DNA from: Pseudomonadota bacterium
Lineage (GTDB): Bacteria; Bdellovibrionota_B; Oligoflexia; Oligoflexales; RGVZ01
NCBI GenBank assembly: GCA_041178085.1
Contig: JBEGVZ010000037.1
Location: 1-64,000, forward strand
Direction: 5' to 3'
DNA: 64,000 nt
A program made the translations under genes and the position numbers. Shown piece after piece: positions 19,516-28,570 of this stretch (its first letter is position 1; every line of letters starts with the position of its first letter). The notes under the pieces are model-generated. The model ran no database searches. It worked only from the letters and a program-made list of their open reading frames with translations, and had not been told where the DNA came from.

Positions 19516-20486
19516 TGCATTACCCGCGACCAGGCAAGGGACCATGTGGATGCGACGACGGAGTTTCGTGTCTGACCAATCGCCCCCTGACGCGCCCAGG
19601 TCATTTTAACGGTGTTGCCATCGCCGGCCGCAACGTCACCGGAGGCAAAAAGCCCGTTTGCAGCCTGCGACGAACCGGGTACCTCCGTACCATCCTGGGT
19701 AAGCGGTTGGCGGCGATCTGCCGTCATGCCGCCGGCCAGCTTGACTGGTACAGTATGGACCAGACCGGGCACCGGGACCTCCACTGTGCTGGTAACCGAC
19801 GCAGTGACACGAATCAACCGCCCGGGTCGGATGGCAACATCGTTCATCCTGACGGGTGCTGATTCGGTGATCACCGCCGAAAGCCCAGGTTTCACTTGTG
19901 GCATCATGCCCATCCAAACATCCAAGCCGGCCCGGTACTCATCATGACCACTGCCGCCAACATCGAGCAGCGCCGGGTCAGTGGACGTTGCTGCGGATTT
20001 CGCAAGAGACGGGCGAAAGCCCGCAACCAACTGCACCTGGGGCAGATAAGATTCCGTCAGGCGAGGCATCAAGATGGTGTAGCGTGCATTGAGCGTCGGA
20101 TCGGCCAGCACCGTGCGGCTCCTTCCGTCGCGCTGATTGTTGATCACAGGCTGGGCAAGGACAAAAAAAACGCGCGGCGAAAAACCAATCCCGGCGGCAA
20201 AGGTACTGCTTAAACGACGCTGGGGGCCGAGGGAAGCAAGCAGCTCCCCAGATGGTCCGGTGGATGCCAGTGCGGGAGTGGCGGAAGTTCCCGCCAACAA
20301 CTTGACTGTTTCGGCTGGAAAGAGAACCAATGGGTCATCCCCGCCACTACCGCAGGAAGCGCAGCCAAAAGCATCGGAAGCCCTGGCTGCGAGCAAGCTG
20401 CCGGCCACCAGAATCGTTACTGCCAGTTGTGAAAGGCAACGGCGCAAGAAGAGACTGACTCCCGTTCGGGCGCTCCACCTGGCCAC
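19512..20486 (-). CDS. Putative outer-membrane beta-barrel with N-terminal CxxC
   Basis: Signal peptide ending AFG|CASCGSGG; LADPTLNARY; terminal STWSLAWSRVMQ strand. Confidence 0.65.
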   Translation of the reverse strand: MARWSARTGVSLFLRRCLSQLAVTILVAGSLLAARASDAFGCASCGSGGDDPLVLFPAETVKLLAGTSATPALASTGPSGELLASLGPQRRLSSTFAAGIGFSPRVFFVLAQPVINNQRDGRSRTVLADPTLNARYTILMPRLTESYLPQVQLVAGFRPSLAKSAATSTDPALLDVGGSGHDEYRAGLDVWMGMMPQVKPGLSAVITESAPVRMNDVAIRPGRLIRVTASVTSTVEVPVPGLVHTVPVKLAGGMTADRRQPLTQDGTEVPGSSQAANGLFASGDVAAGDGNTVKMTWARQGAIGQTRNSVVASTWSLAWSRVMQ

Positions 20487-20489
20487 AGA

Positions 20490-20963
20490 TTAACTTGCCG
20501 GGACTGTAACCGGCACGGTCAAACGGTGTTCCGTTTCTTCGGAATCATCGGCGCCGGCCTGGGCGGAACGTATGGTTATCTTCAGGTCCCAAGGGCCTGA
20601 CATCACGAAGAATACGTTGCTGACACGCCAGGTGCCAATCGAATCCGCAACCGGCGTGACCACAGGTTGAACGTTTCCGGAACCGTGGTTGTGAATCGTC
20701 ATCCACGGGGTTACGGTGATTGCCTTCACCAAAAACCCCTGTTTTGACTCAATTTTTAGAACGAAGGAGTTATCCACCCCGACGGCCGGCCCTTGTTCCC
20801 AAACGGCTTCAACCTTGAGCCCAGCCCCGGGTTGGATGTTCAGCGGCGCTCCTGATCCCGTTGACGACTGATCCCCATCCTCGGGAGCGGAATTGCCAGC
20901 GGACCCACAGGCCGCAGCCAAACCAAGGAAGGCGACCAAGCCAAGGGCGCGCAGCATATTCAA
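20490..20963 (-). CDS. YtkA/FixH-like lipoprotein
   Basis: Lipobox LAAAC; PWMTIHNHGS and FVMSGPWDLKI. Confidence 0.8.
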   Translation of the reverse strand: MNMLRALGLVAFLGLAAACGSAGNSAPEDGDQSSTGSGAPLNIQPGAGLKVEAVWEQGPAVGVDNSFVLKIESKQGFLVKAITVTPWMTIHNHGSGNVQPVVTPVADSIGTWRVSNVFFVMSGPWDLKITIRSAQAGADDSEETEHRLTVPVTVPAS

Positions 20964-21337
20964 CGGGCCTCGATGACATTAAAGGAAAACTTGCCAGTAT
21001 CGTTGTTCTGCAGGCGCACACGGACTTCCCAGTCCCCACGCATCATGAAATTCATGCTGCGGATCGCGGTACAGCCATTGGCCTGCGGGTAAAGAGCAAC
21101 CGGTGAACTGCCATGCCCCATGGAGGGCATCCAAAGCTCTGCTTTCATCAACATGAGATTGCGGGAGTTGCACAACACGGCTTCGCTCGAAGCGGTCGTT
21201 ACAACATCATCAGTGAATTCGAGGGTCAATGTGTCTCCAGCACGGCTGACCGAAGTAAAGGTCGCGGCTTGGGAAACATTTGAAAATAAAGCTGCTGCGG
21301 CAGCTGAAACGATCAATAAAACGATGTTTTTTTGCAT
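20960..21337 (-). CDS. YtkA/FixH-like secreted protein
   Basis: LWMPSMGHGS and FMMRGDWEVRV; signal peptide; AAGGGG RBS before ATG at 21337. Confidence 0.8.
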   Translation of the reverse strand: MQKNIVLLIVSAAAAALFSNVSQAATFTSVSRAGDTLTLEFTDDVVTTASSEAVLCNSRNLMLMKAELWMPSMGHGSSPVALYPQANGCTAIRSMNFMMRGDWEVRVRLQNNDTGKFSFNVIEAR

Positions 21338-21656
21338 GACGGACCCCTTCTGACTCGGTCCATAATCCAACCGGGAAAGTCCTGCAACGGAAGATGGTGG
21401 CGCTTCGGACTGACTTGGGCTTCCCACAAAAAATGGGGCGGCCTTGGGTTATCGAACCATCATCGTTATTCCACAGCACACCAGAATCATTGCGCTAAAA
21501 AGCGACCACGACCGGGCCCACCCCAAATGCGTCGAAAAACAAATTACCTTCGTTATTACGGGGACTTAAACGCAAGCCAAACTGCCGAGATTCCACGCCA
21601 GAGGGCTGTGCTCGCCCATTCAGGCCGCAGGCATCGAATAAAATGCGGACTCTGCC

Positions 21657-21673
21657 TTGGCATATGAGTTGCT
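21657..21673 (+). promoter_or_regulatory. sigma54-type -24/-12 promoter
   Basis: TTGGCATATGAGTTGCT, near consensus, just upstream of the GGGAGG RBS and ATG at 21702. Confidence 0.7.
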
Positions 21674-21701
21674 CAGGTTGCCGTCAGGGAGGCTTCCAAA
21701 G

Positions 21702-22403
21702 ATGATTGCGAAAAACCATGTCTTGATTCTGACCAAGACCCTGGCACTGGCTGCGTGTTCAAAAATGCCCCATCAAAGCGACAAAATCACAGGTGGAAAA
21801 AATCCTGACCACGAAAAACAAAGTGAAGATAGCGGCGAAAACCCCCGCACTCTTAGTGGTCGCTGGGAAGCCAAATGCTACTTCGACAAGGACCCCGACA
21901 TCGAAGCCGGGGACCGGTATCGCATTTCGAACGTTGAATTCAAAAACGGTCAATTCAAGCTGGTCAGCACGGAGTTTTCTCGAACAGACCCCACCTGCTC
22001 CAATAGAAGGGGTGTAGTTGAGGTGAGAGGTACCTACGTGCAGGGAGAAAAAACCGCTTTGAATGACGATAACCATGACAAATACGAACTGGATCTGATC
22101 CGGGACTACGTGACAATTACGATCCACGACCAAGATACGCTCGAAGCCATGAATGGGGCGCTAAAGGAATACCCACCACCTCCTGAATGTGACGTGGGAC
22201 CGTTTGTCCTTGGCGAACCGAAAGATTATTCCCCCCGGGGATGCGAAGTCACTGGCCGGTTATTCACCACATACCAGATCCTGCCCGATGGCTCACTTGG
22301 GATGGGAGGAGATCAAGAGGCAACAGAAGATCGCGACGGATCGACAGCTGCGCAACGGATTCAGATCCTGGGCAGTGCCAGATATAAAAGAGTCTCAAAG
22401 TAA
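21702..22403 (+). CDS. Lipoprotein with APCDD1-like (lipocalin-type) beta-barrel pattern
   Basis: Lipobox LAAC; LSGRWEAKC...DPTC...GTY...MNG...C...KD...GC...DGS...R spacing. Confidence 0.6.
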   Translation: MIAKNHVLILTKTLALAACSKMPHQSDKITGGKNPDHEKQSEDSGENPRTLSGRWEAKCYFDKDPDIEAGDRYRISNVEFKNGQFKLVSTEFSRTDPTCSNRRGVVEVRGTYVQGEKTALNDDNHDKYELDLIRDYVTITIHDQDTLEAMNGALKEYPPPPECDVGPFVLGEPKDYSPRGCEVTGRLFTTYQILPDGSLGMGGDQEATEDRDGSTAAQRIQILGSARYKRVSK

Positions 22404-22471
22404 TTCCCGGCAAACTGGCGGCAATCGCGGGAGCGTTGTAGAATCCATGCATCACAACAAAGGGGTGTGGT

Positions 22472-22879
22472 ATGGGTTCTTTTCGCAACTTCGTTCTCGC
22501 AATTGTCTGCCCGTGGGTCTTTTGCGCTTCCCCCCTTGCAGCTGCCGAACTACCTGAAAATCTCAATTGCACGGCCTACATTTATGGCGACGTGCCCTTC
22601 ATGACTTTTTTCCTGAAAGCCCAGGCCGATGGAACCATCGCTTCCCCGACACAGGTTGAGCATTATGGTCAACGTCAGTTCGTACCTGTGGCCCACCTGC
22701 AAACCCAGACAGATGAAATGCTTCATCTGCTGATCGGAAATGACGGCGATCAGCTTCGCTTGATCGTCTATAACGCAGACGCGACCGCCACTGGCTGGCG
22801 GGGAGTTCTGATCAACGATAATTCTCCGGCAATGAAAGAGATGCAGGCCAAATGCGTTGACCACATTTCTGGTCTTTGA
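22472..22879 (+). CDS. Hypothetical secreted protein
   Basis: Signal peptide; Cys near the N- and C-termini of the mature chain; AAGGGG RBS. Confidence 0.65.
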   Translation: MGSFRNFVLAIVCPWVFCASPLAAAELPENLNCTAYIYGDVPFMTFFLKAQADGTIASPTQVEHYGQRQFVPVAHLQTQTDEMLHLLIGNDGDQLRLIVYNADATATGWRGVLINDNSPAMKEMQAKCVDHISGL

Positions 22880-22937
22880 TACGACCGAAGCCGAGAGATT
22901 TTAATCCCTGCAATTTTTTGAAGCGAGCGAGGTACCC

Positions 22938-24611
22938 ATGCACTCGATGGCAACGCATTTTGCAAATTTCGCCCGGAAAACCGGCTTCGCCTGCCTTTTG
23001 GCAACGGCAATGCTGGCAATTCCCGTGGGCATCAGCGCGCAAGCACGCGACCTGACGGAAGAAGAAAAAATTGCCGATGTGGAACAGTTTTTTCAGCTGG
23101 TCAAATCCGGCTACGGGCCACTGCGCTTCAAAGAAGCGACCCAGGGAATCAATCAGTCTTCGTTGCGCAGCAAATACCTGGAAGAGGCGCGCAACACCAA
23201 AACAAATCGTGATTTTTATTACATGATGGGACGTCTGATTGCCGAGTACCGCGATTCTCACTTTTCGGTCATCGTTCCGAGCAAGCTCAGAGCGACTCTC
23301 GGATTTTCCGTGGACCTGGTCGAAGGCAAAGTACTGGTGGATGAAGTATTCACCTACAAAGGACCATATGCACTAAGCAAGGGCGACGAAATCGTCACCG
23401 TGGACGGCAAACCAGCAATGGCCGCTGTCGAAGAATTAATGGCCTACGTCAGCAGCGGCTACGAAGGGACCCGGCGTCGGGCCGCTACCATGGCGCTGAC
23501 ACAGCGCAACGGCATGCGCGTGCCAGTTCCGGCCGGAAATATCTCGCTGGGTGTCAAAAAGTCGACTGACGGTGCCAGCGTCGATACGGTCAGCATCCCT
23601 TGGATTGTTGACGGCAGCGCCCTTGACGAATCCTTCACCCCCGAATCCAGGCCAGCCAACTATTTGAAAAATTTTGAACTCTCCATTGCCAAAGAGATGA
23701 AAGAGTTCTTGTTTGCAGATGCGGAACAGACTTTCCGCTGCAATGGCCGCACGCGGACGAAAATCCCTGAAGGCGCCGTGATGATCCAGGAAAAGCCTTT
23801 CGTGGCGTACCATCACCCGGTGGAGCACAACGGCCGCAAGATGAACATCGGTTACTTGCGGATTCCACACTACTATCCGGCATCCGACCAACCGGGCGGC
23901 GATCCGAATGATGCGTCCCTTTATGACGAATATTACCAACGTTACGAGTACGCAGTTGCCGAACTGGATGCGAAGACCGATGGCTTGATCATCGACCAGG
24001 ATCATAACTGCGGCGGAAGCGTAGATTATCTGGAGCGCCTGGTCGGCCTGTTCATGGACAAGCCCTACCCTGGCCTGCAGTTCAGCTTTCTTGCCACCAA
24101 GCAAGAGCTGGTCGACTTCTCAAACGAGCTGAACGGGCTGATCCCGCAAAGCATGACGCACAAGTATTTCAAGTCGGTCACCGACATGATGCGCGCGTCC
24201 TGGGAAAAGGGTGAGCCGATGACCCCCGTGACCACGTTCATGGGCGACCATCTTCGCGCCCCGAACCCTGAAAACCGCTACACAAAACCGATCGTCATGC
24301 TGATCGACGAATTGTCTGGATCGGGTGGGGACGCATTCCCGGCGATCATGCAGGGTCTTGGCCGGGCAAAGCTTCTCGGTAACCGCACCATGGGTGCAGG
24401 TGGCCACGTGGTCGAGCAATCGCCGCTTTACCACTCGGCCGTTGGCCTGCGGATGACCAAGAGCCTTTTCTTCAGGCCTGACGGTGTCCCTGTGGAAAAC
24501 AATGGCGCCGTACCGGACTTCCCCTACACACCGACGCGAGCTGACTTCATGAACAGCTACGCCGACTACCAGAAGTTTTACCTTGGTAAATTGCTGGAAC
24601 AGATCCCCTGA
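22938..24611 (+). CDS. S41-family protease, CPAF-like, with PDZ-like insert
   Basis: RDSHF, IGYLRIPHY, IIDQDHNCGGSV, SGSGGDAFP, GNRTMGAGG, VENNGAVPD; signal peptide. Confidence 0.88.
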   Translation: MHSMATHFANFARKTGFACLLATAMLAIPVGISAQARDLTEEEKIADVEQFFQLVKSGYGPLRFKEATQGINQSSLRSKYLEEARNTKTNRDFYYMMGRLIAEYRDSHFSVIVPSKLRATLGFSVDLVEGKVLVDEVFTYKGPYALSKGDEIVTVDGKPAMAAVEELMAYVSSGYEGTRRRAATMALTQRNGMRVPVPAGNISLGVKKSTDGASVDTVSIPWIVDGSALDESFTPESRPANYLKNFELSIAKEMKEFLFADAEQTFRCNGRTRTKIPEGAVMIQEKPFVAYHHPVEHNGRKMNIGYLRIPHYYPASDQPGGDPNDASLYDEYYQRYEYAVAELDAKTDGLIIDQDHNCGGSVDYLERLVGLFMDKPYPGLQFSFLATKQELVDFSNELNGLIPQSMTHKYFKSVTDMMRASWEKGEPMTPVTTFMGDHLRAPNPENRYTKPIVMLIDELSGSGGDAFPAIMQGLGRAKLLGNRTMGAGGHVVEQSPLYHSAVGLRMTKSLFFRPDGVPVENNGAVPDFPYTPTRADFMNSYADYQKFYLGKLLEQIP

Positions 24612-24624
24612 AACTTGGTCCCAC

Positions 24625-24662
24625 AAAAAAAGAAAACCCCGCTTCACGCGGGGTTTTTACTT
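24625..24662. terminator. Bidirectional rho-independent terminator
   Basis: AAAACCCCGC-TTCAC-GCGGGGTTTT flanked by A and T runs between convergent genes. Confidence 0.8.
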
Positions 24663-26291
24663 TCAGCGATAGTCCGCTGGGTAGGGTCGGCGAATTTCCC
24701 GATAATTTCTGTCGTTGGGCGGCCCTCGCCTTTCCACAAGCAAACCTGCCGCGACCATCTTCGGGTTGGGATGGCGACTGCCATCGGAGACGGAATAAAT
24801 CTCGTCGTCTACCTTGAAGGGGTGCCAGGTGAAGATCTGGTCTTCGCCCCAGATTTCACCGTAAAGCGAAGTCCGGTAATCCAACTGCCCCAGGGGTCTG
24901 CCCGTCTGGTCGTGGCAACGTGTGCACGACGCCTCGTTGTTGGCAAGAAGGCCCGCGATGTAGTGCTTGGGAACAATGTGAAAATTACCAAGCGTTGAAG
25001 CAGCGAAGCTGACTTTGTCACCATGACGCTTCCACTCGACATTCAGAGCAGATTGGAAAACCGTCCCTACGAGAAGCTCCCGGATTAAAGCGTAGTCTTT
25101 TGTTTCAGGAAGGTTGTCGTAATAACCGTTTATACTCGGCACAGCTTTCTCATAAGACTTGCTGTCCAGGCGACCTGGTGTGAGCGTTGAACTGTCTTCC
25201 AGGTGGCTCACAAGTTGCCGCAGATCACTGCGCTGCCAGTTGGGACGCTGTCTTTTAATGGCCGTAGAAAGATCCGAAGCACGCGGGAACGGGCGGAAAA
25301 TGTCCGTGCGCCAACGGTCAAGTTCACGGACCCTGGATCGCACCTCGTGCACGTACCACTCGGAAACGGCTCCCGCATCGCGAACCAGCAGGACCTCACC
25401 AAACACGGTCCCGACTGGGAACACCCAGTTCCAATGAGACCCGCTTTTCCACCAAACCACAGGCAAAGGACGCCCCTGGGCGTCACGCGGTGGGCTCCAG
25501 AAGTAGACGCTCTCGGCGTTCCCGCGGTCTACTCGCCCCGCTGCGATCGAAAACGGATATTTGAAGGTTTGCAGTTCGAAATACTCTGTCAATGCGCGTA
25601 TATCCGCAGAATCGGCCGTCACTCCGACATCATATGCTACACGGTTGGCACGCAGCCCTTCAGGTCCAGTCGGGTTTCCGAAAGAATCCTGGTAGCTGAA
25701 TACCATTGAATCTTCGTCGTACCAGATCGTGTCTTCGGCATGAAGGGCTCCATTGATATGGCCGTCTGCCAACTGGGGAAGGTTGCGGCGGTATGCCGCG
25801 AGGTCACGGGGATCAATCAAATCCAAACCAGCCGATGCGGTGGCCGCGCCCTGGTACTGGGTGAAGTTTGCACAAGCACTCAGGCTACGACCGAAAGACC
25901 TCACCTGCGCACCTGTCTCGACATTGATTGCCTGATAATCGTAGCCTTTTTCTACACAAGCAATGTTGTTGCGAGCCGCACGACGGGACGTCTCGCAAGC
26001 AGCCACGTGCCCAGAAAGGAACGTCCCGACTTTCACTTCCCCTCTTCCCGCAGACTTGAAAGTCATGTCTGCGATCAGCTGGCTGCTGTTTCTCCTTTTG
26101 CAGATTAGGTGCTGGCGCGTTGTATCGGTAACCACCAACTGATAGCCGTCGACGGGGTCTGGTATTTCGACCGCATCATCGTCACGCAGGCGGCTAAATT
26201 GACCGTTGAGGGGCAAACACGCAGACACGCAGCTCAGCAAGACAAGGCCTGACACAAGCCAGATGTTTCGCGACAGACGAAGACCGCCCAT
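24663..26291 (-). CDS. Lipoprotein with N-terminal Cys repeats and a single heme c motif (CTRCH)
   Basis: Lipobox VSAC; WVFPVGTVFGEVL (P460/SO2930-like FPxGT); ASCTRCHD. Confidence 0.75.
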   Translation of the reverse strand: MGGLRLSRNIWLVSGLVLLSCVSACLPLNGQFSRLRDDDAVEIPDPVDGYQLVVTDTTRQHLICKRRNSSQLIADMTFKSAGRGEVKVGTFLSGHVAACETSRRAARNNIACVEKGYDYQAINVETGAQVRSFGRSLSACANFTQYQGAATASAGLDLIDPRDLAAYRRNLPQLADGHINGALHAEDTIWYDEDSMVFSYQDSFGNPTGPEGLRANRVAYDVGVTADSADIRALTEYFELQTFKYPFSIAAGRVDRGNAESVYFWSPPRDAQGRPLPVVWWKSGSHWNWVFPVGTVFGEVLLVRDAGAVSEWYVHEVRSRVRELDRWRTDIFRPFPRASDLSTAIKRQRPNWQRSDLRQLVSHLEDSSTLTPGRLDSKSYEKAVPSINGYYDNLPETKDYALIRELLVGTVFQSALNVEWKRHGDKVSFAASTLGNFHIVPKHYIAGLLANNEASCTRCHDQTGRPLGQLDYRTSLYGEIWGEDQIFTWHPFKVDDEIYSVSDGSRHPNPKMVAAGLLVERRGPPNDRNYREIRRPYPADYR

Positions 26292-26334
26292 GGGTATCGC
26301 ACCTCAAAGATCGATTGATGATGGGAGCGATCGC

Positions 26335-26350
26335 TGCAATTAGCGGACCA
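26335..26350 (-). promoter_or_regulatory. sigma54-type -24/-12 promoter
   Basis: Minus strand TGGTCCGCTAATTGCA (GG-N10-GC with TTGCA), 44 bp upstream of ATG 26291. Confidence 0.6.
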
Positions 26351-26556
26351 GCGCTGGTATCGCGTTATGGGCGCGCCAGAGGCCTGAGATATCTATTAAA
26401 AACAGTTAGTTACAGAATTTGAGGCCAGACACTCCCGTTTCCATGAATGCCCAACGTTTAGATACTGTCCGTTTCATGAACGGCAGGTCAGGATTCAATC
26501 CCTCCATTGACCAACCCCTTGACACTCATGGCGCTGTAAATACTGCAGGTTAGAGC

Positions 26557-26572
26557 AGGTATGTTAATTGCA
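26557..26572 (+). promoter_or_regulatory. sigma54-type -24/-12 promoter
   Basis: AGGTATGTTAATTGCA (GG-N10-GC with TTGCA), 26 bp upstream of ATG 26598. Confidence 0.6.
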
Positions 26573-26597
26573 GCTTCAGCACTCACAGGAAAATTGA

Positions 26598-27578
26598 ATG
26601 ACAAGTTTTACTCATCGGGGGGATTGCCTAGTGTTGGTCCGGACGACTCTTGCCCTTGTGGCCATTTCTGGTCTGGTCGGGTGCAGCATTTCGCCGGGAA
26701 CCAGCTTCCTGCGCAGTGTCGGCGACAATTCCGACCAACCCGCAGAGATTCCCCCTTCCTTAGACGACATCACCCCGGAGATGGAAGCAAACGGGTATCA
26801 GAGCTATGCGTTCTACGAGGGGTTGAGTGCAGAGGAAATGCGTTCAGGCTCACGTACCGACGGCACGTCCTCCGACATGCCCTGTATCTCCAAAGCGGAA
26901 ATCGCACGAGCACAAGATACATCACACATATTCTGGCACGGTCACGACAATGAGAAGCATACCTTCCGATTGACCTCTGAACATTACTCAGACCTTGGCA
27001 GCGGAAAGCCGGTCCAAATTTATACGACCGTGGTGGATGGTCATCGCCATGCAGTATTGATCGACCCGCGAAAATCATGCCGCGTTCCCCCAAACCAGCA
27101 GCGTCGGGCCGAGGGATCAACCCAGACTGGACGTTCCCATTTTCTCTGCAAGCAACTTGGCAACAACGCCTGGCGTCCCTACTACATGAAATGGGACGGG
27201 AGTGCGGGCACATACATCGACTTCAGCACCAAGCCCAAGGGGCTGCTTGGAGCCTCCGCCATGAAATCCGAGGCAGAGTGCCAAAGGTCACTCGAAAACG
27301 CCAATCACGAACATGGAGTGATTTGTAGCGCCACAGGAATCGGCTGGAAGCCGACCCTTTATACGGGCACCTTGCCGGGCCGCGCGGACTATGGATACCT
27401 CGGCGGCTCATCGATGGAAAAATTCGACAGCTGTTTGCTTGCTGTGCGCAATTCCAGTGCGAAGGGTGTTTGCTACTGGGGCGGGAATGGCTCCTACTAC
27501 ATCAGCCCGATCGACCGCGCAGACACGATTGGCCATGGCTTCTCGCACTTGGAAGAATGCGTTCAGCAAACTCGCTGA
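26598..27578 (+). CDS. Lipoprotein with His-rich (HGH...H...HxH) domain and C-terminal Cys repeats
   Basis: Lipobox LVGC; WHGHDNEKH...GHRHAVLI; three Cys-bounded repeats. Confidence 0.75.
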   Translation: MTSFTHRGDCLVLVRTTLALVAISGLVGCSISPGTSFLRSVGDNSDQPAEIPPSLDDITPEMEANGYQSYAFYEGLSAEEMRSGSRTDGTSSDMPCISKAEIARAQDTSHIFWHGHDNEKHTFRLTSEHYSDLGSGKPVQIYTTVVDGHRHAVLIDPRKSCRVPPNQQRRAEGSTQTGRSHFLCKQLGNNAWRPYYMKWDGSAGTYIDFSTKPKGLLGASAMKSEAECQRSLENANHEHGVICSATGIGWKPTLYTGTLPGRADYGYLGGSSMEKFDSCLLAVRNSSAKGVCYWGGNGSYYISPIDRADTIGHGFSHLEECVQQTR

Positions 27579-28570
27579 TGAACGCGCTGATGTTCGGTCA
27601 AGTGGCAAGCTGACAGGTGCCCCTTGTCGCAAGCGACAAGACCCGGCGCCTCCGTTCGGCAACGGTCCCATGCATGTTCGCAACGCGTCTGGAATGCACA
27701 GCCTGGAGGTGGTTTCATCGGACTGGGCAAGTCGCCCCGAAGGATGATCCGCTCACGCACCCGTTCCAGATCAGGGTCCGCCACCGGCACAGCACTGAGC
27801 AAGGCCCTGGTATATGGGTGCCGGGGACTGGCGAAAAGCTCTTCTGTCGCTGCCGCCTCTACGATCTTGCCCAGGTACATGACTGCGATACGGTCAGAAA
27901 TATGACGGACCACGGATATATCATGGGCGATGAACAAGTAGGACAGCTTCAGCTCCCTTTGCAGCTTGCGCATCAAGTTCAATATTTGCGCCTGGATCGA
28001 AACGTCCAGGGCAGAGACCGGCTCATCGCAAATGATGACTTTGGGACGTGGCGCCAACGCACGGGCAATCGCAATCCTTTGACGCTGCCCCCCGGAAAAC
28101 TCATGTGGATATTTCCGCACAAAGCGCGGCGACAAACCGACCTTCGCCATCAATTCCGCCACTTCCCTGTCAGTTTCTGCCGCGGTATGCGTAATACCAT
28201 GTGTGCGCAACGGTTCTGAAAGAATCTGATGGACTGTCATCCTGGGATTGAGTGACGAATAAGGATCCTGGAAGATCATCTGAAAGTTGATCCTTTGGCT
28301 GCGCAGCGCCTCGCCTGACAAGTGTGTGATGTCCTGCCCACAAATGGAAACACTCCCTGCCGTTGGCTCATAAAGCCTTATCAGGGCGCGTCCAAGCGTA
28401 CTCTTGCCGCATCCAGATTCGCCCACAAGGCCAAGCGTCTCGCCTGCGCGCAGTTCCAGCGTGACACCATCTACCGCCTTGACCAGCCCAACTTGACGCT
28501 GAAGCAAGCCCTTTCTGACCGGAAAATGCATCCGGATATCTTGCGCAGACAAGACAATTTCGTAACTCAT
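27563..28570 (-). CDS. oppF: Oligopeptide ABC transporter ATP-binding protein
   Basis: GESGCGKS, FSGGQRQR, DEPVSALD, HPYT, C-terminal Cys cluster. Confidence 0.92.
   Translation of the reverse strand: MSYEIVLSAQDIRMHFPVRKGLLQRQVGLVKAVDGVTLELRAGETLGLVGESGCGKSTLGRALIRLYEPTAGSVSICGQDITHLSGEALRSQRINFQMIFQDPYSSLNPRMTVHQILSEPLRTHGITHTAAETDREVAELMAKVGLSPRFVRKYPHEFSGGQRQRIAIARALAPRPKVIICDEPVSALDVSIQAQILNLMRKLQRELKLSYLFIAHDISVVRHISDRIAVMYLGKIVEAAATEELFASPRHPYTRALLSAVPVADPDLERVRERIILRGDLPSPMKPPPGCAFQTRCEHAWDRCRTEAPGLVACDKGHLSACHLTEHQRVHQRVC

Noticed and set aside
21338..21540. Possible riboswitch or Fur box in the leader of the YtkA operon
   Set aside because: I could not match the conserved cores of cobalamin, TPP, SAM, fluoride or c-di-GMP riboswitches, and the AATGATTCT half-site is too weak; an Infernal scan would settle it.
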